Source: Bdellovibrionota bacterium (lineage in GTDB: Bacteria > Bdellovibrionota > FAC87 > UBA2466). From it: 64,000 nucleotides of DNA. Below, one piece after another: positions 27,080-36,889 of the stretch (its first letter is position 1; each line of letters opens with the position of its first letter). The stretch covers positions 5,457 to 69,456 of the forward strand of contig JBGTAN010000034.1 of the NCBI GenBank assembly GCA_041749855.1. Reading direction: 5' to 3'. The position numbers were made by a program, and so were the translations under genes. The notes below the pieces were generated by a model. That model ran no database searches. It was not told the DNA's origin and was given only the letters and a program-made list of their open reading frames with translations.

Positions 27080-28564
27080 CTAGAAGACGACCATTGCGCG
27101 AAGGGCCGAGAATTCATAAGTGGTTTTCGCCGCAACGAAATTGAGGTCACGCTGGTACATGAAACTAAGCTGGATGAAACCGCGGTTGTAAACCACACCT
27201 CCCCCCACCATCGTAATGTCGTTCACACTGACGGTGCGACTGTCATTTTGCGCGGTTCCGCCGCGTACAAACACTTTTACACGCTGTGACAGCCGCTGAG
27301 AGCCCTCCAGGTAGGTACCCCCTTTACGAGCGGAGCGCTTTGAAGCCGCTGCGATAAGACCAATGTCTCCATACAAATACCCAAACTTAATATCGGTTCC
27401 CGTAGGCAGGCGCAGTTGCGCATCCAGCCCTATCAAGAACAACGACGCCCATTCATCCGTAGGGTCTGTATAGCGCCCCCAATAGCCCGAAGCACCCACA
27501 CTGAGCACCCCAAACATCTGGGTGCTGATGCGCGCTCCCAAACTCTTTTCCGGGTTATTGTCGACGACCCCTGAGTTTTCAAAGTTGGGATACTTCGTCC
27601 CAATCTCTCCGGCGGGATCGCTTCCTCCCGCTTGGAATCCGTTGACGACAAAAGCTTCGATGTCCATTCGAAAGCGAGGACGGTCCAACGCGCGAAACTT
27701 CAGCGCTAAGCCGAGGTCCGTCCAGATGTCAGGCAAAAAGGCACTTCCGCCCGGCTGTCGGAATTGGCTGACATTCACCAACCCTCCGAAAAGATTGTGC
27801 GGCTGGGCAGGCCCTATCGTGTCAAACGGAATCCAAATGCGCCCCCCGCGCACTTCTAAGCGAGGCGTGAGTTTGTACGTGATCTCGTAAAAACGCGGCG
27901 TGGGAGCGAGTTCGAAAGCGAAAACCAATTCCGGCGAAGGTGTTACATCCACGAGCGCCAATGTATGAACATTTGAAAAGGTCAGGGGCGTCACACCGGG
28001 GCGATTGTAGAGCCAGAAATCAAACATGAATTTGAACATGGGGCCCGCGCCCGAAACGGTCGGGGCCACATAGGAAGGCGGACCTGCAGAGACGTGAGAA
28101 AGCGAAGGCGCTGCCGGCGCCGGCGCCACGGAGGGAGCGGTAGCCACTACTGGGGCCGAATTCAACTCCTCCAGATCGACCGATTCCTCGTTCCCGCGAG
28201 CAGTAGTCGGCGGGCTACCGGACGTTTTCCACACTCGACCAAACTCTCGACCGACAAAGATCTGGCGCTGCTTCTTGTTCTCCACAATTAGAAAGACAAC
28301 GCCAGGTTCTTTCTTCGAAGGTTGCATGCGCAAGAAAGCAAAGCTGGAATCCGGGGTGATGCCAGTGACCTTCTTAAACGTCGTGCGATTAAACCGAGGT
28401 TCCCACTTCCCGCCCTTGCGGGTGTTCGCATTGAATTGCAGACCGCTTTTGTTCAGCAGCCATGCCTGTTCTGGTTTGAACGGGTCCGTTAAAAATTGAA
28501 TAGTGTCGTCTGCCCGAAGCGGAGCCTGGAGCAAGACACAAAGAAGAAAAAAGCCAACCCTCAT
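27080..28564 (-). CDS. outer-membrane beta-barrel protein (porin-like), co-transcribed with the POT transporter
   Basis: Signal peptide. Ala/Pro/Ser-rich linker. The C-terminal half has beta-barrel-like alternation and ends ...RAMVVF with a terminal Phe. A 9-nt gap separates it from the POT gene. Confidence 0.55.
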   Translation of the reverse strand: MRVGFFLLCVLLQAPLRADDTIQFLTDPFKPEQAWLLNKSGLQFNANTRKGGKWEPRFNRTTFKKVTGITPDSSFAFLRMQPSKKEPGVVFLIVENKKQRQIFVGREFGRVWKTSGSPPTTARGNEESVDLEELNSAPVVATAPSVAPAPAAPSLSHVSAGPPSYVAPTVSGAGPMFKFMFDFWLYNRPGVTPLTFSNVHTLALVDVTPSPELVFAFELAPTPRFYEITYKLTPRLEVRGGRIWIPFDTIGPAQPHNLFGGLVNVSQFRQPGGSAFLPDIWTDLGLALKFRALDRPRFRMDIEAFVVNGFQAGGSDPAGEIGTKYPNFENSGVVDNNPEKSLGARISTQMFGVLSVGASGYWGRYTDPTDEWASLFLIGLDAQLRLPTGTDIKFGYLYGDIGLIAAASKRSARKGGTYLEGSQRLSQRVKVFVRGGTAQNDSRTVSVNDITMVGGGVVYNRGFIQLSFMYQRDLNFVAAKTTYEFSALRAMVVF

Positions 28565-28648
28565 AAACCCTGTCCCAAAGATGAGCCCACATACTAGAGA
28601 GGCTTTTCGACATTGGCAATTTCCTAAAAGGCCGCTATTTTTCCATTT

Positions 28649-29110
28649 ATGCGAAATACCAAAACATTCTTAGGATCATTCTTGGCATTGACACTGGCTG
28701 CTTCAGTTTACGGGGCGGCCACTCCAACAACGGACAAACTCCCCGGTGAGAAAGTGGACAAAGCTGCAAAGCCAGTAACTGTCGTCGAGGGGCTTGAGTT
28801 CTACACACTTAAAAAGGGGGCGGGCGCCGAGGCGAAAGAAGGCAAGGAAGTCATCGTGGATTACACGGGTTACCTTCTCGACAAGACGGAATTCGATTCC
28901 TCGAAAAAGCCGGGCCGCACACCTTTCAACTTCACACTGGGCCAGAATCGCGTGATTCAGGGGTGGGAAAAAGGCGTGAAGGGCATGAAGAAGGGCGAAA
29001 AACGTAAGCTCGTGATTCAACCCGCACTCGGTTATGGAGCAGGAGGCGCTGGCCCCATTCCACCCAATTCGATTCTCGTGTTCGACGTCGAACTCAAAGA
29101 CATTAAGTAA
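28649..29110 (+). CDS. FKBP-type peptidyl-prolyl cis-trans isomerase, secreted
   Basis: Signal peptide plus the FKBP core VIVDYTGYLLD...FTLGQNRVIQGWEKGVKGMKKGEKRKLVIQPALGYG. Confidence 0.8.
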   Translation: MRNTKTFLGSFLALTLAASVYGAATPTTDKLPGEKVDKAAKPVTVVEGLEFYTLKKGAGAEAKEGKEVIVDYTGYLLDKTEFDSSKKPGRTPFNFTLGQNRVIQGWEKGVKGMKKGEKRKLVIQPALGYGAGGAGPIPPNSILVFDVELKDIK

Positions 29111-29194
29111 AAGTGATAGCTGCCTTGAGGGTGTGCCCAGGCACACGCCTCAAGGCGGGTAACCAAGAAATCGAGGGCGTGGTAGGGTTGGGGA

Positions 29195-29983
29195 ATGCAA
29201 CGCCGAGCCCGAATCCCAGTTGCGGTCCTTTTTCTTGTATTTGCGTTGGGAATCTACGCTTTTTTCATTGAGCCCGACTGGCTGGAAATAACTCATCACA
29301 AAGTCCCTGCCCCCATGCCTCTTATCACAGTGGCACATCTTTCCGACCTCCACGTGTCCTCGATAGGCCAACTAGAAAACCGAGTCATGGAATCCCTGAG
29401 ACGGCTATCGCCGGACTTGATTGCAATTACGGGTGACATGGCAGGTAGCGATTCATCTACAAATGCGGTTCTAGAACTCCTCGCTGGAATGGAAGCCCCG
29501 CTGGGAGTCTGGATGGTAGATGGCAATTGGGACCATTGGACCTTGCCCGCGCAGGGTCTGCGAACCATTGCGACTCAATCAAATGCAACGTTGCTTCGAA
29601 ATGAAAACAAAATGGTAGCCGATGGCCTATGGATTGTTGGCATAGATGATTCGCATTCTGGAAGCCCCCAGCAACAACTTGCTTTCAGGGGGATGCCAAA
29701 AGATGGGGCCTGTATTGCACTCTTTCACAGCCCGGAGTACTTCGACGAAGTGAAAAACAAGTGTTTCCTAAATCTCGCGGGTCACACTCACGGGGGCCAA
29801 GTGAGACTTCCCTTCATTGGCCCGCTTTGGCTTCCGCCAGGTTCTGGGAAATATGTTGCAGGATGGTATGGCGGACCCACTTCCCAACTCTATGTAAACC
29901 GAGGGGTGGGCACTTCAATACTGAATGTCCGATTTATGGCTCGGCCTGAAATTGCTCTGCTATCCATTGGAGGTGAGAAGTGA
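29195..29983 (+). CDS. membrane-anchored metallophosphoesterase (calcineurin-like, YkuE-type)
   Basis: N-terminal TM helix. Motifs HLSDLH, GDMAG, GNWDHW and GHTHGGQ. Confidence 0.7.
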   Translation: MQRRARIPVAVLFLVFALGIYAFFIEPDWLEITHHKVPAPMPLITVAHLSDLHVSSIGQLENRVMESLRRLSPDLIAITGDMAGSDSSTNAVLELLAGMEAPLGVWMVDGNWDHWTLPAQGLRTIATQSNATLLRNENKMVADGLWIVGIDDSHSGSPQQQLAFRGMPKDGACIALFHSPEYFDEVKNKCFLNLAGHTHGGQVRLPFIGPLWLPPGSGKYVAGWYGGPTSQLYVNRGVGTSILNVRFMARPEIALLSIGGEK

Positions 29984-30630
29984 GCTTAATTGGCGCGCTC
30001 CTTATTAACGCCGGCCTGTCCAGTGCGATTCTAGCCTCCCCCTCCCCAAATTGCATGAAGTGGTTCGCCGAAGCCAAGATTCCATTGGGTCCCGAGTGCG
30101 TTCTTAAATGCGGCCTTTCATCCACAGGGATGGACTCCTTTATGTGCCCCCAGACATGCCCAGAACTTTGCTCCCAAACTAAGAATACCGACACAATATT
30201 GGGTCGCCTGCTCTACTACCCAGGATTGACAGCCGAGGAGCGAAAACTAGTTCGGAAGCACCCCTCAGAGGCACTCACAGTCTTTCTCCAAAAACAAAAA
30301 GCAGAATCTGCCACGTTGAAACGTTTTGGGAGAGACGCACAGAACGATGAGAGCGATGCCTTTAGACATTTTCTCTGGGCCGGACTTCTTGCAAAAGAGA
30401 TTGGACCGGAACTCGCCAAACAGTTTCTTGACGCCCATGAAGCAAGTGGACGGGCTGAAGACCCCAACCGAGCAATGGACCTAGCCAATAATCGAGCCGG
30501 CCTGCTTTCTGCAGAGTCACTAAGGAAGAGTGGCAAACTCTCGGAAGACGAGCTGGTTAAAATGGCGCTAGAGGGGATTGCAAACAAGAGCTTGATTATT
30601 TTGGAATCGCGAGAGGGTAATAAACAATGA
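29980..30630 (+). CDS. secreted hypothetical protein (216 aa) with conserved DAFRHFLW / HE / DLANNRAG motifs
   Basis: The start overlaps the previous stop (ATGA). Signal peptide present. GC is low, about 47%. Confidence 0.5.
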   Translation: MSLIGALLINAGLSSAILASPSPNCMKWFAEAKIPLGPECVLKCGLSSTGMDSFMCPQTCPELCSQTKNTDTILGRLLYYPGLTAEERKLVRKHPSEALTVFLQKQKAESATLKRFGRDAQNDESDAFRHFLWAGLLAKEIGPELAKQFLDAHEASGRAEDPNRAMDLANNRAGLLSAESLRKSGKLSEDELVKMALEGIANKSLIILESREGNKQ

Positions 30631-31037
30631 AGTTTCTAGTGACTTTCGGCCTCCTACTAACCCTCATTGAAGGGGTGGGAGCCGCGATTCAGAAAGACCT
30701 GTATCTCTCCTCTCAAACCTTCATGAGACTACCAGTGGCGAAAGCGCGCTGGAAGGAGAGTCCTTTCAACGCTATGCAGTTTAAATCGGGCAATACGAAG
30801 GTCCGAGCATCCATGGCGGTCAATTTGATTCTTAAGAGGAAACTGATTGGTAAAACGCCAGAACAGGTTCGAGAGCTCCTCGGCAATTTCTCTGGTTTTT
30901 TTTGGAGCGATGCAATACCTGCCTACCTAGTTGAAGAGGGGTGGAACGAAAAGAAAGACACCTGGCAATTAGTCTTTCTCTTGGACGATGGTGGGCGGGT
31001 CAACGAGGTAAAGATTCATAAAAATTGTTGCAATTGA
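30627..31037 (+). CDS. secreted hypothetical protein (136 aa), C-terminal CCN
   Basis: ATGA overlap with the previous gene. Signal peptide MKFLVTFGLLLTLIEGVGA. Confidence 0.5.
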   Translation: MKFLVTFGLLLTLIEGVGAAIQKDLYLSSQTFMRLPVAKARWKESPFNAMQFKSGNTKVRASMAVNLILKRKLIGKTPEQVRELLGNFSGFFWSDAIPAYLVEEGWNEKKDTWQLVFLLDDGGRVNEVKIHKNCCN

Positions 31038-31098
31038 GCAACCAGCTTTCCACGGCGAGGCCCCCGTTACTCGTCTCTCACGAGCGCATGACGAGCTA

Positions 31099-31120
31099 CT
31101 GTGCACGTGCACGTGCACAG
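31099..31120. terminator. 22-bp perfect palindrome ctgtgcacgtgcacgtgcacag between convergent genes
   Basis: Self-complementary sequence read directly. It is preceded by a second hairpin, ctcgtctctcacgag, at 31070-31084. There is no clear U-tract. Confidence 0.35.
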
Positions 31121-31133
31121 TGAGTAAACAGCC

Positions 31134-31853
31134 TCACCCAAACTTATCTTTTCTGTCCCTCAGCTCAGCAAACTTCTGCGCACTTCCCGCTCGTAAGAAG
31201 GGATTCGTCATTTTTTCTTCATCTATTGTACCGGGAACCGTTGGCTCCCCTTCTGCCCTTCGATCATTTTCTTTTTTCATTCGCGAAAGCAGTCGCGTAT
31301 CGCCTGGGTACACAGAAAGGGCGAACTGGCCATTTTGAAGTGTGTATTCGTGGCCGCAATAAACGCGGGTAGATCCTGGAAGGGCAGCAAGTTTTGAAAG
31401 ACTGTCCCACATTTGCTGAGGCGTTCCTTCAAAGAGGCGCCCGCAACCCATCAGAAAAAGCGTATCACCCGTAAAAACCGCACCTTCTTTGAAATACAGA
31501 GCAACGTGATTGCGCGTGTGCCCCGGAATAGAGAGGACTTCGCATTCCAAATCGCCAATGCGCAGGGTTTGTCCGCCTACCAGGTCTCTATCCATCGCGG
31601 GAATGCGACCTTCGTCTCCTTCAGGACCATAAACCGAACACTCGTATTCTCGCTGCAAGGCAGCGTTTCCCCCGACATGATCCCAATGGTGGTGTGTATT
31701 CACAACAGCAGTAAGCTTCCACTTGCGCCGTCGTAGCAGCTCTAGGATCGGTTCTGCATCGGAGGGGTCTATCGCCAAAGTCGTTTGATTCCGGTGCACC
31801 AAATAGCCGTAATTATCAGCAAGCAGCGGCACGGGTATGACTTCCAGATCCAT
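31134..31853 (-). CDS. gloB: hydroxyacylglutathione hydrolase (glyoxalase II, MBL fold)
   Basis: THHHWDHVGGN motif. The start is placed at MDLEVIPVPLLADNYGYL. The ORF extends to 31919, but that would overlap mutY. Confidence 0.8.
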   Translation of the reverse strand: MDLEVIPVPLLADNYGYLVHRNQTTLAIDPSDAEPILELLRRRKWKLTAVVNTHHHWDHVGGNAALQREYECSVYGPEGDEGRIPAMDRDLVGGQTLRIGDLECEVLSIPGHTRNHVALYFKEGAVFTGDTLFLMGCGRLFEGTPQQMWDSLSKLAALPGSTRVYCGHEYTLQNGQFALSVYPGDTRLLSRMKKENDRRAEGEPTVPGTIDEEKMTNPFLRAGSAQKFAELRDRKDKFG

Positions 31854-31873
31854 CTGTGATTGCTTATCGCACA

Positions 31874-32917
31874 ATGGAAGTAGTTGGGAAGCTAAGCGAA
31901 TGGTACGAGCGAGTGGCACGGCCTCTCCCCTGGAGGCAAACGCGCGATCCCTATGCGATTTGGATCTCCGAAGTCATGCTTCAGCAAACGCAAGTGATCA
32001 CCGTTCTGCCTTACTACGCACGTTTTCTTGCGCGATTCCCCACCCTAGAATCCTTAGCCCAAGCTCCCGAGCAAGACGTTTTGAAACTCTGGGCGGGCCT
32101 GGGCTACTACTCTCGCGCACGCAACCTGCATCGTGGCGCTGACTACCTCGTAAAGAACCACGGCGGGAAATTCCCGAAAGACCGGCAAACGCTTCTGACA
32201 GTCCCTGGTATAGGCCCCTACACAGCGGGCGCGATCTTGAGTATTGCCTTCGACCTTCCTGAAGCGATTGTAGATGGGAACGTGCAACGCGTTTTCTCAC
32301 GCTACTACCGATTGGAAGCCCAGCTCGAATCCAAGCAAGGGCGGGAATTTTTCTGGGAGACGGCGGCCAAATGGGTTGAGCGCGCCGCGTCACCTCGGCT
32401 TTTTAACCAAGCGCTGATGGAATTGGGCGCGACCCTTTGCTCGAAAGCCAACCCCCATTGCGCACTTTGCCCGCTCACGCTGTCGTGCAAAGCGAGAAAA
32501 TCAGGTGTTCAAGCGCTCTATCCCATTCGTAAAGCTCGTCGACCGATGGAAACCTTGTGGTGGGGACCTTTGGTTTACCGAAAGGGCGAGAAAGTTCTAC
32601 TCGAACTTAACGGACCAGGGGAGTGGTGGACCGGACTTTGGGATTTTCCTCATGTCGCCGCAAGCAGCGAGCCGGAACTCCGAACGCAAGTGCATCAACG
32701 CGCTAGCGAAGAACCAAGGGTGCGGTTAGAGGGGGAACTCGATCGACAGCAACACACCGTGACGCACCACCGCATTCATGTATCCCCATTTGTGCTACGC
32801 TGGAACGGAAAAACCAGCTCTTCCGGCAAGCGGGTTTGGGTATCTGCCGACGAGGCGAGAAAGCTCCCTCTCTCATCGCTTGCGGAAAAGGTTTTGCGCA
32901 GCTTGGCTGCCAACTAG
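31874..32917 (+). CDS. mutY: A/G-specific adenine DNA glycosylase
   Basis: HhH-GPD core (WYERVARPLPWR, LPGIGPYTAGAI). [4Fe-4S] Cys cluster CSKANPHCALCPLTLSC. C-terminal NUDIX-like domain. An alternative GTG start exists at 31856. Confidence 0.8.
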   Translation: MEVVGKLSEWYERVARPLPWRQTRDPYAIWISEVMLQQTQVITVLPYYARFLARFPTLESLAQAPEQDVLKLWAGLGYYSRARNLHRGADYLVKNHGGKFPKDRQTLLTVPGIGPYTAGAILSIAFDLPEAIVDGNVQRVFSRYYRLEAQLESKQGREFFWETAAKWVERAASPRLFNQALMELGATLCSKANPHCALCPLTLSCKARKSGVQALYPIRKARRPMETLWWGPLVYRKGEKVLLELNGPGEWWTGLWDFPHVAASSEPELRTQVHQRASEEPRVRLEGELDRQQHTVTHHRIHVSPFVLRWNGKTSSSGKRVWVSADEARKLPLSSLAEKVLRSLAAN

Positions 32918-32925
32918 GAGATGCT

Positions 32926-33477
32926 ATGAAAAGCGCATGGGTGCTTTCTGGGTTGTTATTCTGGGGAAGCGGTACGCTCTTGATTGCCGCAAAACCTTCC
33001 CCCATTCCACGAACGGCAAGTAGTAATTTTCGCACGGAGGGCCTCTTTGAAGGCGGCTCTGGCAAATCAGCCAATCTTGAGGCATTGCGGCTGTCAGACC
33101 ATGGCGAGTATGAGCGGTGGGTCGTTGACTTCTCCGGGGGCGCAAAACGCGAGCAAGGCAAAGTCGCTCCTCGCTTCCAAGTCCGTTACCTGCCCGGCGA
33201 TAGAATCATAGGAGAATCGGGAGAAGCCATCTTGTCACGCCAACCCAAGTTCATTCTGACATTTCGGGCAGTTCGAAAGAACTTTCTCAGTCGGGCCGCT
33301 TTGCAAGAACTCGTCAAAAGAAGTCGGCATGTGAAAGATATTGTTGTTTATCCACCTGTTGAAGACGGTGATATGGCGATCGAGATGATTTTGCATGACA
33401 ATGTGGCCTTTGAGCCCCATCAACCCGTCCAAAAGGAGGGCCGTCTGGTCCTCGACTTGAGAGATCACAAAGGATAG
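32926..33477 (+). CDS. secreted hypothetical protein
   Basis: AGGAG RBS. Signal peptide MKSAWVLSGLLFWGSGTLLIAA. Confidence 0.45.
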   Translation: MKSAWVLSGLLFWGSGTLLIAAKPSPIPRTASSNFRTEGLFEGGSGKSANLEALRLSDHGEYERWVVDFSGGAKREQGKVAPRFQVRYLPGDRIIGESGEAILSRQPKFILTFRAVRKNFLSRAALQELVKRSRHVKDIVVYPPVEDGDMAIEMILHDNVAFEPHQPVQKEGRLVLDLRDHKG

Positions 33478-33528
33478 CGACGGTAGGGCTTTGCCAAATC
33501 GCATTGCCTTGATTAGGCTTTTCCCTTC

Positions 33529-35835
33529 GTGAGTGAACCCACAAATTTCGGCAAAGAATCGTTGGAATATCACCGGTCGGGGCGCCCGGGTAAGATTGAA
33601 GTCGTCCCCACCAAGTCTTGTAAAACTCAGAGAGATCTCTCTCTGGCCTACTCACCTGGAGTGGCACAGCCCTGCATTGAGATCTCTAAGAAACCCAGCG
33701 ATGTTTACCAGTACACGGCCAAGGGCAACCTAGTCGCGGTCATCAGCAATGGGACCGCTGTTCTGGGACTGGGAAACTTGGGACCTCTCGCTGCAAAGCC
33801 TGTCATGGAAGGCAAAGGCGTTTTGTTTAAGCGTTTTGCCGACATTGATGTTTTCGATATCGAACTCAAGACCGAAGACCCCGAAGAGTTCATTAAGTGT
33901 GTGCAACTTCTAGAGCCTACCTTCGGGGGGATCAACTTAGAAGACATCAAGGCCCCCGAGTGCTTCATTATTGAAGAGCGCCTTAAGGCGACGATGGAAA
34001 TCCCTGTTTTCCACGACGATCAACACGGAACCGCCATTATTTCTGCGGCCGCTCTTTTAAATGCTCTCGAACTCACGAAAAAGAACATCGCGAAAGTAAA
34101 AGTAGTTTTCAACGGTGCGGGTGCCGCGTCCGTTGCCTGCGCGAAACTTTACATCAGTCTGGGTGTCAAAAAAGAGAACCTCATCATGTGCGACAGCCAG
34201 GGGGTCATCTACCAAGGACGCAAAGAGGGCATGAACGAATACAAAGCCCTGTTTGCAACCAAAGCCAAAGCGCGCACCCTCGGCGAGGCTATGAATGGTG
34301 CGGATGTTTTTGTTGGCCTATCGGTCAAGGGTGCCGTAACCAAAGACATGATCAAATCGATGGCGAAGAAGGCCATTGTATTTGCGATGGCTAATCCGGA
34401 TCCTGAAATCGATTACGACGAAGCGAAGTCGGTTCGCGACGACATTATCGTCGCAACAGGTCGTTCTGATTTTCCAAATCAAGTGAACAACGTTCTCGGC
34501 TTTCCTTTTTTGTTCCGAGGAGCACTCGACGTGCGAGCCAAAGCGATCAACGAAGAGATGAAAGTCGCTGCCGTGCACGCGCTGGCAAAACTGGCGCAGC
34601 AGGAAGTGCCTGACTACGTATCCAAGGCCTACGGCGGCACCGAATTTCGGTTCGGTACCGAGTACATTATTCCTAAGCCTTTCGACAGTCGCGTGCTGCT
34701 CTGGGTAGCACCCGCAGTGGCTAAAGCCGCCATGGAAAGTGGTGTTGCGCGCGAGAAGGTCGATTTAGCTGACTATGTTATCCAATTGGAAAAACGGCTG
34801 GGACTTCGCCAAAGTTTTGTTCGTGGAATCAAGGACAAGCTGTGCCTCGAATCCAACACCAAGAAGAAACTGGAACGCATTGTCTTCCCTGAAGGCTCCA
34901 ATCACAAAATTCTCAGTGCCTGTGATTTGATTGTTCAAGAGGGTATCTGCAAACCGATTCTGCTAGGGAACGAAACTCGCATCCGGGAGGCCATTGCCGC
35001 TAGAGGCATTGAGTCACTTAAAGATGTAGAGATCATCACCCCGTCACTGTCGCCGCGACGCAAGGACTACGCAGAAAGCTTTTGGAAGTTGCGGCAACGC
35101 AAAGGGCTCGTTCGGGAGCAGGCTTTCTCGTTGATGAAGAACGAGAACTATTTTGGTTCGATGATGGTACAGCTCGGCGAAGCCGACGGTCTACTGAGCG
35201 GAGTGACACAGAGTTACCCTGACACCATTCGACCGTTTTTGCAGGTAGTGGGCAATCGCGAAGGCATTAAAATTGCTGGCGTCTATATGATGCTGTTTCG
35301 CGAGCGCATCTTGTTCTTTGCCGACACCACGGTGAACGTGGATCCCACAGCCAGCGATCTGGCAGATATTGCGATCTGTTGTTCGGATGAAGCTCGGTTT
35401 TTTGATATTGAGCCTAAAGTAGCGATGCTTTCCTTCAGCAATTTCGGCAGTAACAACCATCCTGCTGCGCTGAAAGTACGCGAGGCAGTGAGGCTCGTGA
35501 AACTACGCCGGCCAGACATTGTCGTGGACGGTGAGATGCAGGCCGACACCGCCTTGGTTCCCGAGATCATGAATACCGACTTTCCGTTCTGCGATCTCAA
35601 AGGCGGAGCCAATGTTCTGATTTTCCCAGACCTTCAGTCGGCTAATATTTGCTACAAACTCATGCAACGCATCGGGGGCGCCGAGGCGATAGGTCCTATT
35701 CTTTTAGGCATGAGTAAGCCGATTAACGTGCTTCAACGCACTGCCGATGTCGAAGAAATCGTAAACATGGCCATGATTACGGTCTTGGAAATTCGAGAGT
35801 TTAACAAAGACCGACGCGCCAAACCCATAGAATAA
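33529..35835 (+). CDS. maeB: NADP-dependent malic enzyme (malic enzyme domain plus PTA-like C-terminal domain)
   Basis: 768 aa. The N-terminal malic-enzyme region is followed by a phosphate-acetyltransferase-like domain. Confidence 0.9.
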   Translation: MSEPTNFGKESLEYHRSGRPGKIEVVPTKSCKTQRDLSLAYSPGVAQPCIEISKKPSDVYQYTAKGNLVAVISNGTAVLGLGNLGPLAAKPVMEGKGVLFKRFADIDVFDIELKTEDPEEFIKCVQLLEPTFGGINLEDIKAPECFIIEERLKATMEIPVFHDDQHGTAIISAAALLNALELTKKNIAKVKVVFNGAGAASVACAKLYISLGVKKENLIMCDSQGVIYQGRKEGMNEYKALFATKAKARTLGEAMNGADVFVGLSVKGAVTKDMIKSMAKKAIVFAMANPDPEIDYDEAKSVRDDIIVATGRSDFPNQVNNVLGFPFLFRGALDVRAKAINEEMKVAAVHALAKLAQQEVPDYVSKAYGGTEFRFGTEYIIPKPFDSRVLLWVAPAVAKAAMESGVAREKVDLADYVIQLEKRLGLRQSFVRGIKDKLCLESNTKKKLERIVFPEGSNHKILSACDLIVQEGICKPILLGNETRIREAIAARGIESLKDVEIITPSLSPRRKDYAESFWKLRQRKGLVREQAFSLMKNENYFGSMMVQLGEADGLLSGVTQSYPDTIRPFLQVVGNREGIKIAGVYMMLFRERILFFADTTVNVDPTASDLADIAICCSDEARFFDIEPKVAMLSFSNFGSNNHPAALKVREAVRLVKLRRPDIVVDGEMQADTALVPEIMNTDFPFCDLKGGANVLIFPDLQSANICYKLMQRIGGAEAIGPILLGMSKPINVLQRTADVEEIVNMAMITVLEIREFNKDRRAKPIE

Positions 35836-35913
35836 CAGTCTTTTACCCCAACCTCGCTGCAGCTCAAGCCTTTGCTGACGCATGCCGATAAGTGCTGCAG
35901 AGGAGAGCGCTTT

Positions 35914-36333
35914 ATGTTCGCAGCCACAGCCAAAATTCTAATCGTCGACGACATGAAGACCATGCGCAAGCTGCTGACTCGGCACCTGAACACCCTGGGC
36001 TTTTCCAACCTCACCGAGGCAGAAGACGGCGATAAAGCCCTGTCTTTGATACAAGATGCCTTCAAAGCAAATCAGCCCTTTGAACTGGTTATCTCCGATT
36101 GGAATATGCCCAAAATGAAAGGCATTTCCCTGCTTCGTAAATTGCGCTCCGACGCTAGAACGAAGAATCTTCCGTTCATTATGTGCACTGCCGAAGTGGA
36201 AGCCGGCTCCTTGAAGGAAGCAAGCGCTCCCGATGCCAATGCCTCTGGTTTCGTGAGTAAACCCTTTCGCCCGGATGAACTTAAAACCCAGCTCGCGCAG
36301 GCCTTTGCCGCGCACGCTGAAAAAGCGGCCTAG
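35914..36333 (+). CDS. single-domain response regulator (CheY-like receiver)
   Basis: Receiver motifs ILIVDD, DWNMP and the Lys near FVSKPF. Confidence 0.7.
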   Translation: MFAATAKILIVDDMKTMRKLLTRHLNTLGFSNLTEAEDGDKALSLIQDAFKANQPFELVISDWNMPKMKGISLLRKLRSDARTKNLPFIMCTAEVEAGSLKEASAPDANASGFVSKPFRPDELKTQLAQAFAAHAEKAA

Positions 36334-36338
36334 AACTC

Positions 36339-36884
36339 ATGCGGCGCTCCGCATTTCTCCTCCTTCTCCTTACCACTGCGACGCGCCAGCCTGCCGTCGC
36401 CTGTGATCCCGAAACCTTGCGGGAGCTGCAGCTTCAGCGCAACTTCCAAGAAGCGTCTTTTGAAATCACCGACAAGCGTGGAAATGAAATCAACGCTCAC
36501 TTATATAAAGGAAAGTTGCGCATTGAAGTGAGCGCCGGGTTGGGAGAGCGAGAAGTATCTACTACGGAGACCCTAGAGGGCTTCCTCAATCTCGTTCGGA
36601 ACTCTGTGAAAGAGGTGGAAGTAACTTGGTCGAAAGCAAGTCTCAGCGAAGCTCAGGCTATGGAGATTCAAGGCCCTGGCCCCCAGAGGCTCGTCCCGCC
36701 CGATATGGTTTTATTGCGAGGAGGCTTGCGAGTGAACCGAGGCAATGTTGCTCGGGCAGCACTCTATACCGATATTGGTAGAACTCTAAATCACTACGGC
36801 TTCACGAAGGCCGTCTCCAAGAACGTTCCTGAGGCCCTACCGGAACAGGCCCCCTCTCTCACCGTCGTATTTGCTCGCCCCTAA
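36339..36884 (+). CDS. secreted hypothetical protein
   Basis: Signal peptide MRRSAFLLLLLTTATRQPAVA. It lies 5 nt after the receiver gene. Confidence 0.4.
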   Translation: MRRSAFLLLLLTTATRQPAVACDPETLRELQLQRNFQEASFEITDKRGNEINAHLYKGKLRIEVSAGLGEREVSTTETLEGFLNLVRNSVKEVEVTWSKASLSEAQAMEIQGPGPQRLVPPDMVLLRGGLRVNRGNVARAALYTDIGRTLNHYGFTKAVSKNVPEALPEQAPSLTVVFARP

Positions 36885-36889
36885 AGGCT

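Noticed and set aside
31856-31919. Long forms of gloB and mutY overlapping by 64 bp
   Set aside because: GloB orthologues begin at the MDLEVIP-type N-terminus, and MutY at the region just before WYER. The shorter starts remove the overlap.
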